A stretch of 49,818 nt of DNA from an uncultured Candidatus Saccharibacteria bacterium (GCA_964615425.1 CAZTOB010000001.1:6369-56186); one strand, 5' to 3'. Positions 1 through 8,920 are shown, numbered from the stretch's first letter. Notes: generated from the sequence alone by a model not told the origin. Made by a program: numbers and translations.

Positions 1-133
1 AAGGGCTCAAATCCACAAAAAGAGCCAATCTTTCTTGGCTTATTATTTTTCCCTTGACCACATCTCCTTCCGTCGGATAGTCGAAAAAAGGAGAAAGGTC
101 TTCTTTTTGAAGTAAATTTTTCATTAAATTCAT
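1..133 (-). CDS. N-terminus of an S1 RNA-binding-domain protein (ribosomal protein S1-like); gene continues beyond the left edge
   Basis: Reverse-strand ATG at 133..131 opens MNLMKNLLQKEDLSPFFDYPTEGDVVKGKIISQERLALFVDLSP with no stop before position 1. GDVVxGxI...FVDL is a typical start of an S1 OB-fold. It is absent from the ORF track because it is truncated. Confidence 0.45.
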   Translation of the reverse strand, partial: MNLMKNLLQKEDLSPFFDYPTEGDVVKGKIISQERLALFVDLSP

Positions 134-268
134 ATGTTTTACTATAACATGAAAGTTTTTCTCTGCAAGTATGATCGGACTGATTATTTTGATAATTTTT
201 CCTTTTGTTTTAAAATTAAAAGCAGCGGGGCGGGAATGTTTTCCTCGCTTGGTTTTTATTATTAGATT

Positions 269-277
269 TGGTAAAAT
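269..277 (+). promoter_or_regulatory. Extended -10 box TGGTAAAAT, 7 nt upstream of the ATG at 284
   Basis: tggtaaaat matches TGnTAnAAT. Its last base (277) lies 7 nt from A of the ATG at 284, which would give a leaderless or near-leaderless mRNA. Confidence 0.3.
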
Positions 278-283
278 TAATTA

Positions 284-892
284 ATGGTAGTACGTATAAG
301 AAAAGTAGAAAAGGAAAGAGTTCGTCTTCTTTTCCCCTATAGAAAAGAAAGAAGAAAAAAAGTGAAGGTTGTAATAGGGCCCTGGGAAGGGGATCTTAAT
401 TCTCTTTCCTCTGAAAGCGACATACTGGTCTCTCCGCTTAAACAAGATACGAAGGTCAGCAAAAGGAAAGGTGCTTTTTTGATTGATGGTCCGGGAGAGT
501 ATGAGGTGAAGGGAGTTTTCGTGACCGGCATAGAAGATTCGGGGGAGGGTGTTATTTATGCTTTTAAAACGGAGAAAATTCAAACTTGTTTTCTTCCGGC
601 CTTAAACAAGGAGGAATTGGAAATAAGTCAGCTGGAAAAAATGGACGATGTTCATCTTTTGCTTTTCCCGCTTGATCCAAATGATCTGCCCCGGGTGAAG
701 TGGCTTAAAAACGTGGTGGCTCAAATTGAGCCCGAGATCATGGTTTTTGTTAAACAAAATGGAGGAGAGAAAGAAATAGAAAAATTTTTAAAAGAGATGG
801 ATGTTAAAAATGGCGAGGAAAAAGAAGAGTTCAGCTTTACAACGTCCGACTTTGAAAAGGATAAAACCAAGTACTTTATTTTAGGTGGCTGA
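284..892 (+). CDS. Hypothetical protein (possibly a degenerate metallo-beta-lactamase-fold fragment)
   Basis: 202-aa ORF with non-repetitive composition. The FLIDGPGEYEVKGVFVTGI segment resembles UPF0173/MBL-fold proteins, but no HxHxDH motif is visible. Its stop overlaps the next ORF. Confidence 0.5.
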   Translation: MVVRIRKVEKERVRLLFPYRKERRKKVKVVIGPWEGDLNSLSSESDILVSPLKQDTKVSKRKGAFLIDGPGEYEVKGVFVTGIEDSGEGVIYAFKTEKIQTCFLPALNKEELEISQLEKMDDVHLLLFPLDPNDLPRVKWLKNVVAQIEPEIMVFVKQNGGEKEIEKFLKEMDVKNGEEKEEFSFTTSDFEKDKTKYFILGG

Positions 893-1235
893 AAAGAAGT
901 CAAAAAAACAAGAAAATATTCTTGATAAGGTTCGGGAATGGCCGGAACTTTATCGTAAAGCCCTGCTGTGGTTTCTGATTGCTTTGCTTTTCATCGGGCT
1001 TTTTTATTTATTCCTTGTGAGGGCTAGAAACAGGATTGAAAAACATACCGTAGAAAAAATAGAAAGAAAGGAGAAGGAAGAAGTGGAAAATACGATAGAG
1101 GGGATAAAAAAGGAATGGGAGAGTTTGCAAGAGGAAAGAGGAGAGATCAAAAAAAGGCTTGAGGAGATGTCGGAGGAAGAAATACAAGAGGAGGTTGAAA
1201 GCTTAGAGGAGGGAAGTTTTTTATTTTCAAATTAA
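885..1235 (+). CDS. Hypothetical membrane-anchored coiled-coil protein (GTG start)
   Basis: One hydrophobic helix (LLWFLIALLFIGLFYLFLV) is followed by a charged E/K-rich helical region. It overlaps the previous stop and ends 11 nt before gyrA. Confidence 0.5.
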   Translation: MAEKKSKKQENILDKVREWPELYRKALLWFLIALLFIGLFYLFLVRARNRIEKHTVEKIERKEKEEVENTIEGIKKEWESLQEERGEIKKRLEEMSEEEIQEEVESLEEGSFLFSN

Positions 1236-1246
1236 AATAATTAAAA

Positions 1247-4200
1247 ATGGCTAATAAAAAGAAGAAAAAACAGACTGATATTGGGATGGTAAAACCGCTT
1301 TCCATTGTTGAAGAAATGAAAAATTCTTACATCAGCTATGCTATGTCCGTTATTGTTTCGAGAGCTCTTCCGGATGTTCGGGACGGTTTGAAGCCGGTTC
1401 AAAGAAGAATACTTTTTGCAATGGACAAGATGGGTCTTTCCCCCGGCGGCAGTTTTCGGAAGTCGGCCACCGTGGTGGGATCGGTTTTAGGAAATTACCA
1501 TCCTCACAGTGACACCGCAGCTTACCACGCCATGGTTAGAATGGCTCAGGATTTCTCAATGCGTTATCCACTGGTTAAACCCCAGGGAAACTTTGGTTCT
1601 TTGGACGGAGATCCTCCGGCCAGCATGCGGTATTGTGTAACCGGAGACTCGATGGTTGTAACGGACCGCTGCACCCAAAGAATCGGCAGTATTTCAAAAG
1701 AAGAAGACGTCCAGCTTAAAGTTTTGTCGTTTGGAAAGAAAATCAATGAAGCGTCTAAGCTTTTTGATTCCGGAGTTTGGCCGGTTGTTGAAGTTACAAC
1801 TTCAAAAGGATACTCCTTAAAAGGTACTCACAACCACCCTGTTTTAACTTTACAAAAAAGTGAAGAAGAAAAGCCTGTTTTCAGATGGAAGCTTTTAGGG
1901 GAAGTTGAAAAAGAAGATCTGGCTGTGATAGATAGGAGCAATGTTTTGTGGCCCGAGGAAGAGCCGGAGTTGGAGAAAGAAGTTTCAAGCAAAAAAGGCC
2001 TCCCTACTCGGATGTCTCCTGAGCTTTCCTTTGTTGTGGGTTCGCTTTTAAGTAGGGGTTTTACTTGTTGCGGTGAAGGTTGCTTAGAAGTTAGTTTTAA
2101 AAACGATAAAAATCTTTCAGGGGAGTTTGAAACTTGCTTTAAGAAAGTGTTTCCAAGTTCCAGCTTAAAGAAGACTGCTGGAAGAGGGAAAAATTCAGTT
2201 ACTTTCAAGATAACCTCTCAAGATGTCGTTACATTTTTAAAGAAAATCGGGCTCAGCCGGACTTCTCCGGTGATACCCGAACTTATCTTGGACTCCACGC
2301 GGGAATCTGTGAGAGAGTTTGTCAGAGTCTTTTTTAAAAAAGGCCGCAACTTTTTTGTTTCAGGTGAGAAATTGGCAAAAGAAATGCAAGTTCTTTTGCT
2401 AAGGTTTGGTGTTGTTTCAAGTTTAAGCCGGGAGGAGGAAAAAGTTAAGCTTTCACTGGAAGAAGAAAAAAACGCAGAAATTTTTAAGAGAAAAACTAGA
2501 AGAACACAAAGTGCTTCGGAAGAGAAGCCGGGTGTAAATTGGGTTCCTTTTCTTTCTTCCTACATCAAGAAAAAATATGAAGACAAGCTTGAAGGGAAGA
2601 AAAGAGATTGGCTTTTGAAGTCCAGTTTTAATTCTTACGATGAAATTAAAAAACATGAGGATAAACTTGAAGAAATGTTAAGCAAGGAGGATTTCAAAAT
2701 AGTAAAAGAGATCCTTGAAGGTAATTATTACTTCGACCGGATCGTTTCCGTTGAAGAAAGGGGCGAAGAAAGAGTCTATTCTTTCAAGGTGGAAAGCGAT
2801 TGTCATTCTTTCATATCAAACGGCTTTGTAAGCCATAATACGGAAAGCAAGCTCTCCAAAATGGGAGCTTTGATGCTGGAGGATCGTGAAAAAGACACGG
2901 TCAATATGAGTGAAAACTTTGATGGGACGAAAAAAGAACCCGATGTTTTGCCTTCTCCCGTCCCCCAGCTTCTTTTAAACGGCTGTCTTGGGATTGCTGT
3001 CGGAGTGGCGACCAAAATACCGCCTCACAATTTGGAGGAATTATGCGATGCCACTGCTCATCTTGTAGACAACCCAAAATCCAACACAGAGGATCTTTTT
3101 GAATTTATCAAAGGGCCCGATTTTCCAACCGGAGGAGTAATTTATGATCGGGAAAGTATGATAGAAACATATTCTCACGGCAACGGCGGTATTGTGGTTA
3201 GGGGAAGAGCAGAGATTGTAGAGGGACGTAAAAGAGCCCGCATTATTATTTCGGAGATTCCCTACGGGCTTCAAAAAACAAAACTTCTGCGTAAAATTGC
3301 GAAGCTGGTTCAAAAAGGAGACTTAGAAAAAATTAAAGACATCAGAGATGAGTCTGACCAGGACGGAGTCAGGGTGGTTTTAGATCTTAAAAGAGGTGCT
3401 TATCCCAAAAGAATTTTAAACCTTCTTTACAAAAAGACTCCTCTTCAGCAGACGTTTCATTTGAACATGGTGGCTTTGGAAAAGGGTATTCAGCCTAAAC
3501 GTATGAGCTTGGCTGAAGTTTTAAGTCAATTCGTAGAGCATAGAAAAGAAGTGATAAGACGAAGGACCAGATATGACAAGGACAAGGCGGAAAGAAGAGC
3601 TCATATTTTGGAAGGTTTCAGCAAGGCTATTGATGATATAGATGCGGTGATTGAAACGATCAAAGCCTCTGAAGATAGAGACGACGCGAAGAAGAACTTG
3701 ATAAAAGACTTTGATCTCAGCGAGGAGCAGGCGGAGGCGATACTGAATATGAGGCTTTCTTCCTTGGCTAAAATGGAAAGGAAAAATATTTTAGACGAAT
3801 TGAAAGAAAAAAAAGAATTAATAGAGAAACTAACCGCTATTTTGGAAGATCCGGAGAAAGTAAAGGATATTTTCAAAGAAGAGCTGGAGGAAATAAAAGA
3901 AAAGTTCGGCGAAGGGAGAAGAACTAAAGTTTTTGAAAAGAAGGCCGATGAAATATCGGCCGAAGATTTGATTCCCGAAGAAGAATGTGTGGTGGCTTTA
4001 ACCCAAAAGGGGAGAATAAAAAGAGTAAGCCCCTCAAGCTACAGAGTGCAGCACAGAGGCGGCAAGGGAGTGATAGGGGCGAAGACAAAAGAAGAAGACA
4101 GGGTGGAGCATCTTGTCTTTTCCAACACTCATGACGATATTCTTTTCTTTACTGACTCGGGCAAGGTCTTTAAAACAAAAGTTTATGAGGTGCCGGCGGC

Positions 4201-4903
4201 CCAAAGAACGGCCAAAGGGATTAACATTATGAACTTTTTGCAGATCTCTTCCGAAGACAGAATCTTGGCTCTTCTTTCTCTTTCTTCTTCCGAAAAAAAT
4301 AAAAACACTTATCTTGTAATGGCTACTAAAGAAGGAAAAGTTAAAAAGACCGACTTGAAAGAGTTTGAAGACGTAAGAAGAAGCGGACTGATAGCGATTA
4401 ATCTCAAGAAGAGAGATCTTTTATGTGACGTAGCTAAATGCAAGAAGGGAGAAAGCGTGTTTCTTATTAGCAGAGAGGGCAAAGCGATAAGGTTTGATCA
4501 AAAAGAAGTAAGAAGCATGGGGAGAACTGCGATGGGGGTCAAAGGAATGGATCTTGGTAAAGATGACGAGGTAATAGGGATGGAGGTTGTAAAAGACGAC
4601 AAGAATGAACTTTTAATTGTTACGAAAAAAGGTTACGGTAAGAGAACCGAGATGTCGGAATACAGGATGCAGGGAAGAGCCGGTAAAGGTGTTAAGGCGG
4701 CGAATATCACTAAAAAAACCGGTCTGGTGGCGGCAGCCCGGGTGTTAACTGGAGAAGAAGAAAATCTGATGATTATTTCTGAAAAGGGAAAAGTGATAAA
4801 AACAAGAGTGAAAGACATCTCCAAGATGGGAAGGGTGACGCAAGGGGTGATAGTAATGAAACTAAAAAAGGGCGATAAGGTGGCTTCGATAAGCTGCAGT
4901 TAA
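1247..4903 (+). CDS. gyrA: DNA gyrase subunit A, interrupted by an intein (precursor 1218 aa; spliced extein 816 aa)
   Basis: N-terminal motifs [31 protein letters not shown] and GNYHPHSD are present, as is the active-site ASMRY|...|TESKL. The C-terminal domain carries repeated beta-pinwheel GxxGxG-type blades. Confidence 0.95.
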   Translation: MANKKKKKQTDIGMVKPLSIVEEMKNSYISYAMSVIVSRALPDVRDGLKPVQRRILFAMDKMGLSPGGSFRKSATVVGSVLGNYHPHSDTAAYHAMVRMAQDFSMRYPLVKPQGNFGSLDGDPPASMRYCVTGDSMVVTDRCTQRIGSISKEEDVQLKVLSFGKKINEASKLFDSGVWPVVEVTTSKGYSLKGTHNHPVLTLQKSEEEKPVFRWKLLGEVEKEDLAVIDRSNVLWPEEEPELEKEVSSKKGLPTRMSPELSFVVGSLLSRGFTCCGEGCLEVSFKNDKNLSGEFETCFKKVFPSSSLKKTAGRGKNSVTFKITSQDVVTFLKKIGLSRTSPVIPELILDSTRESVREFVRVFFKKGRNFFVSGEKLAKEMQVLLLRFGVVSSLSREEEKVKLSLEEEKNAEIFKRKTRRTQSASEEKPGVNWVPFLSSYIKKKYEDKLEGKKRDWLLKSSFNSYDEIKKHEDKLEEMLSKEDFKIVKEILEGNYYFDRIVSVEERGEERVYSFKVESDCHSFISNGFVSHNTESKLSKMGALMLEDREKDTVNMSENFDGTKKEPDVLPSPVPQLLLNGCLGIAVGVATKIPPHNLEELCDATAHLVDNPKSNTEDLFEFIKGPDFPTGGVIYDRESMIETYSHGNGGIVVRGRAEIVEGRKRARIIISEIPYGLQKTKLLRKIAKLVQKGDLEKIKDIRDESDQDGVRVVLDLKRGAYPKRILNLLYKKTPLQQTFHLNMVALEKGIQPKRMSLAEVLSQFVEHRKEVIRRRTRYDKDKAERRAHILEGFSKAIDDIDAVIETIKASEDRDDAKKNLIKDFDLSEEQAEAILNMRLSSLAKMERKNILDELKEKKELIEKLTAILEDPEKVKDIFKEELEEIKEKFGEGRRTKVFEKKADEISAEDLIPEEECVVALTQKGRIKRVSPSSYRVQHRGGKGVIGAKTKEEDRVEHLVFSNTHDDILFFTDSGKVFKTKVYEVPAAQRTAKGINIMNFLQISSEDRILALLSLSSSEKNKNTYLVMATKEGKVKKTDLKEFEDVRRSGLIAINLKKRDLLCDVAKCKKGESVFLISREGKAIRFDQKEVRSMGRTAMGVKGMDLGKDDEVIGMEVVKDDKNELLIVTKKGYGKRTEMSEYRMQGRAGKGVKAANITKKTGLVAAARVLTGEEENLMIISEKGKVIKTRVKDISKMGRVTQGVIVMKLKKGDKVASISCS
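1634..2839 (+). mobile_element. GyrA intein (402 codons) inserted directly after the catalytic Tyr of the MRY/TE motif
   Basis: It starts with Cys ([11 protein letters not shown], block A) and has block [10 protein letters not shown]. It ends in [22 protein letters not shown] followed by Thr (+1). Removing residues 130-531 restores the canonical GyrA ...ASMRYTESKL. Confidence 0.85.
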
Positions 4904-4934
4904 CTTGTGGGTTGAAAATAAGCTAAAAAAGCGG

Positions 4935-4940
4935 TAAAAT
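4935..4940 (+). promoter_or_regulatory. Candidate -10 box TAAAAT, 9 nt upstream of the ATG at 4949
   Basis: gcggtaaaat is followed by taaaaaac and then ATG. No SD-like purine run lies between them. Confidence 0.25.
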
Positions 4941-4948
4941 TAAAAAAC

Positions 4949-5461
4949 ATGTTAAATCCCAAGGACGTTTTAAGTAGAATTAAGCTGGAGAAGAATATGA
5001 AAGCGGCCGAGTTTGGTTGCGGCTCCGGCAAGTTCGCCCTTCTTTTGGCCGAGAAATTAAAGGAAGGTAAGGTTTATGGATTTGATATTCAAAAAGAACC
5101 GCTTTCCGTTTTAGAGAAAAACGCTGACCAAAAAGGACTTTTCAACGTAGTGGGGGAAAGGTGCGATTTGGAGAAAGAAAGAGCGACTGAAAAACCCGAT
5201 AGTTTTTTTGATCTTGTTTTCATTCCCAACCTTTTATTCCAGGTGCGAGGACAAGAAAATGTGATTAAGGAAGCTTCTAGAGTAACAAAAAAGGGCGGAA
5301 CGGTGGTGGTCATAGATTGGAAGAAAGAGGCGGCTTTTGGCCCCAAGGAAGGAAGGATAGACCGGGGAGAAATTTTAGAAATGGCTAAAGAAAACGGGCT
5401 TACTTTAAAAAGAGAATTTGAACCTGGAGCATTTCATTTCGCATTAATTTTTGAAAAATGA
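4949..5461 (+). CDS. Class I SAM-dependent methyltransferase
   Basis: Motif I is AAEFGCGSGKFALLLAE. An acidic residue ends beta-2 (YGFDIQ), followed by a post-I/II pattern and VVVIDW. The size (170 aa) is typical. Confidence 0.8.
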   Translation: MLNPKDVLSRIKLEKNMKAAEFGCGSGKFALLLAEKLKEGKVYGFDIQKEPLSVLEKNADQKGLFNVVGERCDLEKERATEKPDSFFDLVFIPNLLFQVRGQENVIKEASRVTKKGGTVVVIDWKKEAAFGPKEGRIDRGEILEMAKENGLTLKREFEPGAFHFALIFEK

Positions 5462-5880
5462 AAAAGTTACTTTTAATTCTTTTAACGGTCGGCTTATTCT
5501 TTCCGTTAATAAGTTATGGCTTGGAGTTTAGAAATCCCATTGAGGCAGAAACCTTTGAAGAGCTGATAGAAAGCGTTCTCGACTTCCTTTTTTATATCGG
5601 TGTAGCCGCAGTTCCTTTGATGGTTGTTTTGGGAGGTTTTTTCATAGCTACTGCCGGGGGAGACAGCAGTCGTTTCAAAAAGGGTCAAAACTTTATACTT
5701 TATGCGGTAATTGGATTGGTTGTTTTGCTTTTGGCTCGAGGAATAATTGCTTTTATTAGACACGCCATAGGTTACGAAAACGGAGAGAGCGTAAGAAAGG
5801 TGAGAATTGTTAAAAAAGACGATTTATTTAAAAAAGAATTGAAAGGTCGAGTCAATAATGAAATAAAAATTGAATTATGA
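5458..5880 (+). CDS. Small membrane pilin-like protein (TrbC/VirB2-like, CPR-type T4SS pilin architecture)
   Basis: It has a signal-like N-terminus, then two hydrophobic helices flanking ATAGGDSSRFKKGQNFILYAVIGLVVLLLARG. An ATGA start/stop overlap links it to the methyltransferase. The next ORF is a paralogue. Confidence 0.55.
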   Translation: MKKLLLILLTVGLFFPLISYGLEFRNPIEAETFEELIESVLDFLFYIGVAAVPLMVVLGGFFIATAGGDSSRFKKGQNFILYAVIGLVVLLLARGIIAFIRHAIGYENGESVRKVRIVKKDDLFKKELKGRVNNEIKIEL

Positions 5881-6332
5881 ATAGTAAATTAATATTAGCG
5901 GTTGTTTTCGCTTGTTTGCTTGTGGGAGTTGTTGGATGGGTGCTTAGTCCGCAGCTTGCTTCAGCTCAAGATGGGATTCCAACATCATGTACGGTTAGAA
6001 GAGAAACCGGTATTGACGGATGTCCAGACCCAGGGGATGACGGCAGCACTGAATGTAGTTATGATCATGATGGAGACGATTATGACGGAGGAATATGTGG
6101 GCTTTGTTGTACGATAAGTACGATTTATTATGCAATGGACATCATCTTCATTTTCTTGATAGCTCTCGTTGCCGGATTGGTTATCATTGGAGCTTTTCAA
6201 ATCATGACTTCTGGCGGAGATACAGAGAAATTTGGGAAGGGTCGAAAAATGATTATGTTCGCTGCCATCGGATTAGCCGTTGCTCTTTTAGCAAGAGCTG
6301 TTCCTGCTTTGGTTAGATTTGTAGTTGGGTAA
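5877..6332 (+). CDS. Second TrbC/VirB2-like small pilin paralogue with a Cys/Asp-rich ectodomain
   Basis: It has a signal peptide ending in LASAQD. A seven-Cys, Asp-rich segment follows (TSCTVRRETGIDGCPDPGDDGSTECSYDHDGDDYDGGICGLCC). It ends in the same two-helix module, MTSGGDTEKFGKGRKMIMFAAIGLAVALLARA. An ATGA overlap links it to the previous gene. Confidence 0.55.
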   Translation: MNSKLILAVVFACLLVGVVGWVLSPQLASAQDGIPTSCTVRRETGIDGCPDPGDDGSTECSYDHDGDDYDGGICGLCCTISTIYYAMDIIFIFLIALVAGLVIIGAFQIMTSGGDTEKFGKGRKMIMFAAIGLAVALLARAVPALVRFVVG

Positions 6333-6344
6333 ACTTTATTAAAA

Positions 6345-6372
6345 AGCCCTAAGTTTCTTATTTAGGGCTTTT
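6345..6372 (+). terminator. Candidate intrinsic terminator after the pilin-like pair
   Basis: An 8-bp stem agccctaa/ttagggct with a 9-nt loop is followed by only a short T run. Confidence 0.4.
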
Positions 6373-6376
6373 CCTG

Positions 6377-6459
6377 GCCGCGGTGGTGAAATTGGCAAAC
6401 ACGCATGGTTTAGGACCATGTGCCTTCTTGGCTTGTGGGTTCGAGTCCCACCCGCGGCA
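6377..6459 (+). tRNA. tRNA-Leu (anticodon TAG), long variable arm, CCA not encoded
   Basis: The acceptor is gccgcgg/ccgcggc. The anticodon stem catgg/ccatg carries loop tt-TAG-ga. The T arm is gtggg-ttcgagt-cccac, and the variable arm is tgccttcttggcttgt. Confidence 0.9.
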
Positions 6460-6462
6460 TAG

Positions 6463-6492
6463 AAAAAACCGTCTGCAAAAAGACGGTTTTTT
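6463..6492. terminator. Bidirectional intrinsic terminator between tRNA-Leu (+) and hsp20 (-)
   Basis: aaaaaaccgtct-gcaaaa-agacggtttttt is a GC stem flanked by an A run and a T run. It can therefore terminate transcription from both directions. Confidence 0.7.
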
Positions 6493-6500
6493 AGTTCTTT

Positions 6501-6887
6501 TTATTTTTCTTCTATTTCGATTCTTTTCCCTTCCTTTTCTTCTTGTTTAGGAAGAGTTACCGTTAACACTCCATTTTCCACCGTCGCCCTGACCTCTTTT
6601 TTCTTTATTGGTTCAGGGAGAGTAACTTCTCTCGTGAAAGATCCGAAATAACATTCTCGAAGAAGAAAGTTTTCTTCAGGTATTTCTTCGGACTCTTTTC
6701 TTGTTCCTTTGATTGTTAAAATATCACCTTCGATTAAAATCTCCAGGTCGCTGGAGTCAATGCCTGCGATAGGGGCTCTGACCTTTATTTCATCATCGGT
6801 TTCATAAACATCGATGACGAGCTCTCCTTCGGGTTCGAACCATTCTTCTTTTTTAACATCAATTTCTTTTTTGTTTTGTTTTTCCAT
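6501..6887 (-). CDS. Hsp20/alpha-crystallin family small heat-shock protein
   Basis: The alpha-crystallin domain pattern is present: VIDVYETDDEIKVRAPIAGIDSSDLEILIEGDILTIKG...ECYFGSFTREVTLPEPI...ATVENGVLTVTLPK. Confidence 0.85.
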   Translation of the reverse strand: MEKQNKKEIDVKKEEWFEPEGELVIDVYETDDEIKVRAPIAGIDSSDLEILIEGDILTIKGTRKESEEIPEENFLLRECYFGSFTREVTLPEPIKKKEVRATVENGVLTVTLPKQEEKEGKRIEIEEK

Positions 6888-6899
6888 CTTATTTTTTTA

Positions 6900-7598
6900 T
6901 TAATCCTTGCATAAACTATCAAGACCTTTGGCTTTTTGAAAAAAATACAAGACTGCGAAGAACATAAAGGCAAGAAGTAGGGCCGGGAAGGTAAAATGTG
7001 AGAACTTCTTCATTCTTATTATAGAGAAATTATACAAAGTATGCAAAACGATGGCCAAGGAAAATCCTGAGAAAAGATAAGAAACTTTCTTTCTTTTTTC
7101 ATAAAAGGAAAGAGCCAAAAAGTAACCGATGATACCAGAACAAAGAGCGTGAAGAAGAGTGGCCCCTAAAAAACGCAGTCCGGAGTAAGCGAATACTTCT
7201 AAAAATTTTAACTTTCGGGTAAAAAACAAAGCGATATTTTCCGCGCTGGCAAAGCCCATGGCGGAGCTTACCATATAAACCATAAGATCCACTGGCTCGT
7301 CCATATTAAAATTGCGTATTCCTCTAAGTTGAACTGGGAGGAACTTTAAAACCTCTTCTATGACCGCTACTCCGAAAAAAAGAAGCATGAATTTGGGAAC
7401 TTCCTGTATTTCAAGCGGATTGACCCATCTTAAAAGAAAGGTTTCTATAATAGCAGCGAAAAGAGCGCCGACCGCTCCCAAAAGAAAAAGCTCCAATATT
7501 TTCTTTTTGGGTTCGGGGTCTTCGTCTTTCTTGAAATAAAAGAGAAGCCAGAGAAAACTAGGTAAAAGACCTAATAAGATGTAAGTGATTCTATTCAT
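6900..7598 (-). CDS. PrsW-family intramembrane metalloprotease
   Basis: It is multi-pass, with motifs AVIEEVLKF (EExxK), GFASAENIALF (FxxxEN), LLHALCSG and VLHTLYN, as in PrsW. It overlaps the tsaD stop by 4 nt. Confidence 0.7.
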   Translation of the reverse strand: MNRITYILLGLLPSFLWLLFYFKKDEDPEPKKKILELFLLGAVGALFAAIIETFLLRWVNPLEIQEVPKFMLLFFGVAVIEEVLKFLPVQLRGIRNFNMDEPVDLMVYMVSSAMGFASAENIALFFTRKLKFLEVFAYSGLRFLGATLLHALCSGIIGYFLALSFYEKRKKVSYLFSGFSLAIVLHTLYNFSIIRMKKFSHFTFPALLLAFMFFAVLYFFQKAKGLDSLCKD

Positions 7599-8773
7599 GG
7601 TTCTAAACTAAGATTAGCATGAGCTCTTACTTCTTTCCAATTTTTTTGCTCGAGAAAAAATGAAGCAGCGGCGATCATAAAGGCGTTGTCGGTGCAAAGC
7701 TCGGGGGAGGGCGCTAAAAGACGAAGAGTAGAGGAGAGGTTGTTTTTTACTTTTTCCCTTAGTTTTTTGTTGGCACACACTCCTCCACCCAGGATGACGG
7801 ATCGAGCGGGATAATTAAGGCTGGCTTTTATCAGTTTTGCAGTTAAAACATCGGTTATCGCTTCTTCTATTTCAAAGGAAAGCTCTTGAAGAAAGTTTTC
7901 ACTCTCTCTTCTTTTTTCCCCGGTATCTCGTAGGAGATAAAGTACGGCGGTTTTAAGACCGGAAAAAGAAAAATCGTAGTTTTTAGTTTTTATCATCGGT
8001 CTCGGCAAGCGAATCGAAGAACCGGTTGATCCACGGGAAAATTTTTCTGCCGCCATGGCGATACTTGGCCCTCCGGGGTAAGGAAGACCCATCATGCGGG
8101 CTGTCTTATCAAAGCATTCTCCTGCCGCGTCATCCCTTGTTTCTCCCAATAATTCGTATTCTCCTATGTCTTTTACCAAAGCAAGCAAGGTGTGTCCTCC
8201 GGAGGCGATAAGAGCTAAAGCGGGGAAAACCTCTCCCTTTTTTATTAACCTGAAGCCGTCTTTCTTTTTTTCTAATAAGTTAACTAAAATGTGGGCTTCA
8301 ATGTGGTTGACAGGGATTAAAGGAATCTTCCAGGCTGCAGATATCATTTTGGCAAAATTGACTCCCATCCACAGACAAGGCTCAAGGCCCGGTCCGTAAG
8401 TTACAGCAACTCGGTCGATCTTTAACCTTTTAATATTTTTTAAAGCTTCTTTGGAGCTTCGGTAAAAGTCTTTGTTTTTAAATGATTCTTTTAAATTCCT
8501 TTTTTCTTTTTCAACTTTAAACTCGGGGTTTAACTTTAAATCATCTGGTGTTTTTTCAACAATTCTTTTTAAAAGGAGAGGCAGATTTTTTTGGTGTTCT
8601 CTTTGGGCCAGGGTCGGAAAAACCCCTCCATGTTTTTGGTGTAACTTGGCTTGGGAGGCAAGCTCTTCTGCTACCTTTCTTACTTTATCCCCCTTTTTTT
8701 CTAGAAAGGCCAACCCTGTCTCATCACAGGAGGTCTCAATAGCCAATACTTTTGTATTTGATTTATTTTTCAT
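7595..8773 (-). CDS. tsaD: tRNA N6-adenosine threonylcarbamoyltransferase TsaD, with an internal insertion of about 40 aa
   Basis: Conserved motifs are LAIETSCDETGLAF, GGVFPTLAQREH, YGPGLEPCLWMG, VNHIEAHI, IASGGHT, DDAAGECFDKTARMMGLPYPGGP and CTDNAFMIA. Confidence 0.9.
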   Translation of the reverse strand: MKNKSNTKVLAIETSCDETGLAFLEKKGDKVRKVAEELASQAKLHQKHGGVFPTLAQREHQKNLPLLLKRIVEKTPDDLKLNPEFKVEKEKRNLKESFKNKDFYRSSKEALKNIKRLKIDRVAVTYGPGLEPCLWMGVNFAKMISAAWKIPLIPVNHIEAHILVNLLEKKKDGFRLIKKGEVFPALALIASGGHTLLALVKDIGEYELLGETRDDAAGECFDKTARMMGLPYPGGPSIAMAAEKFSRGSTGSSIRLPRPMIKTKNYDFSFSGLKTAVLYLLRDTGEKRRESENFLQELSFEIEEAITDVLTAKLIKASLNYPARSVILGGGVCANKKLREKVKNNLSSTLRLLAPSPELCTDNAFMIAAASFFLEQKNWKEVRAHANLSLEP

Positions 8774-8838
8774 AATCAGTTATTTTATTCTATCATAGGT
8801 TGAAGTTTTTTTGTTTTTAATTTACCATTAAGTTGAAT

Positions 8839-8913
8839 GACCCCATCGTCTAGTCCGGTCTAGGACATCAGGTTTTCATCCTGACAACCCGGGTTCGAAT
8901 CCCGGTGGGGTCG
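8839..8913 (+). tRNA. tRNA-Glu (anticodon TTC), CCA not encoded
   Basis: The acceptor is gacccca/tggggtc. The anticodon stem tcagg/cctga carries loop tt-TTC-at. The T arm is ccggg-ttcgaat-cccgg. Confidence 0.9.
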
Positions 8914-8920
8914 CAAGAAT

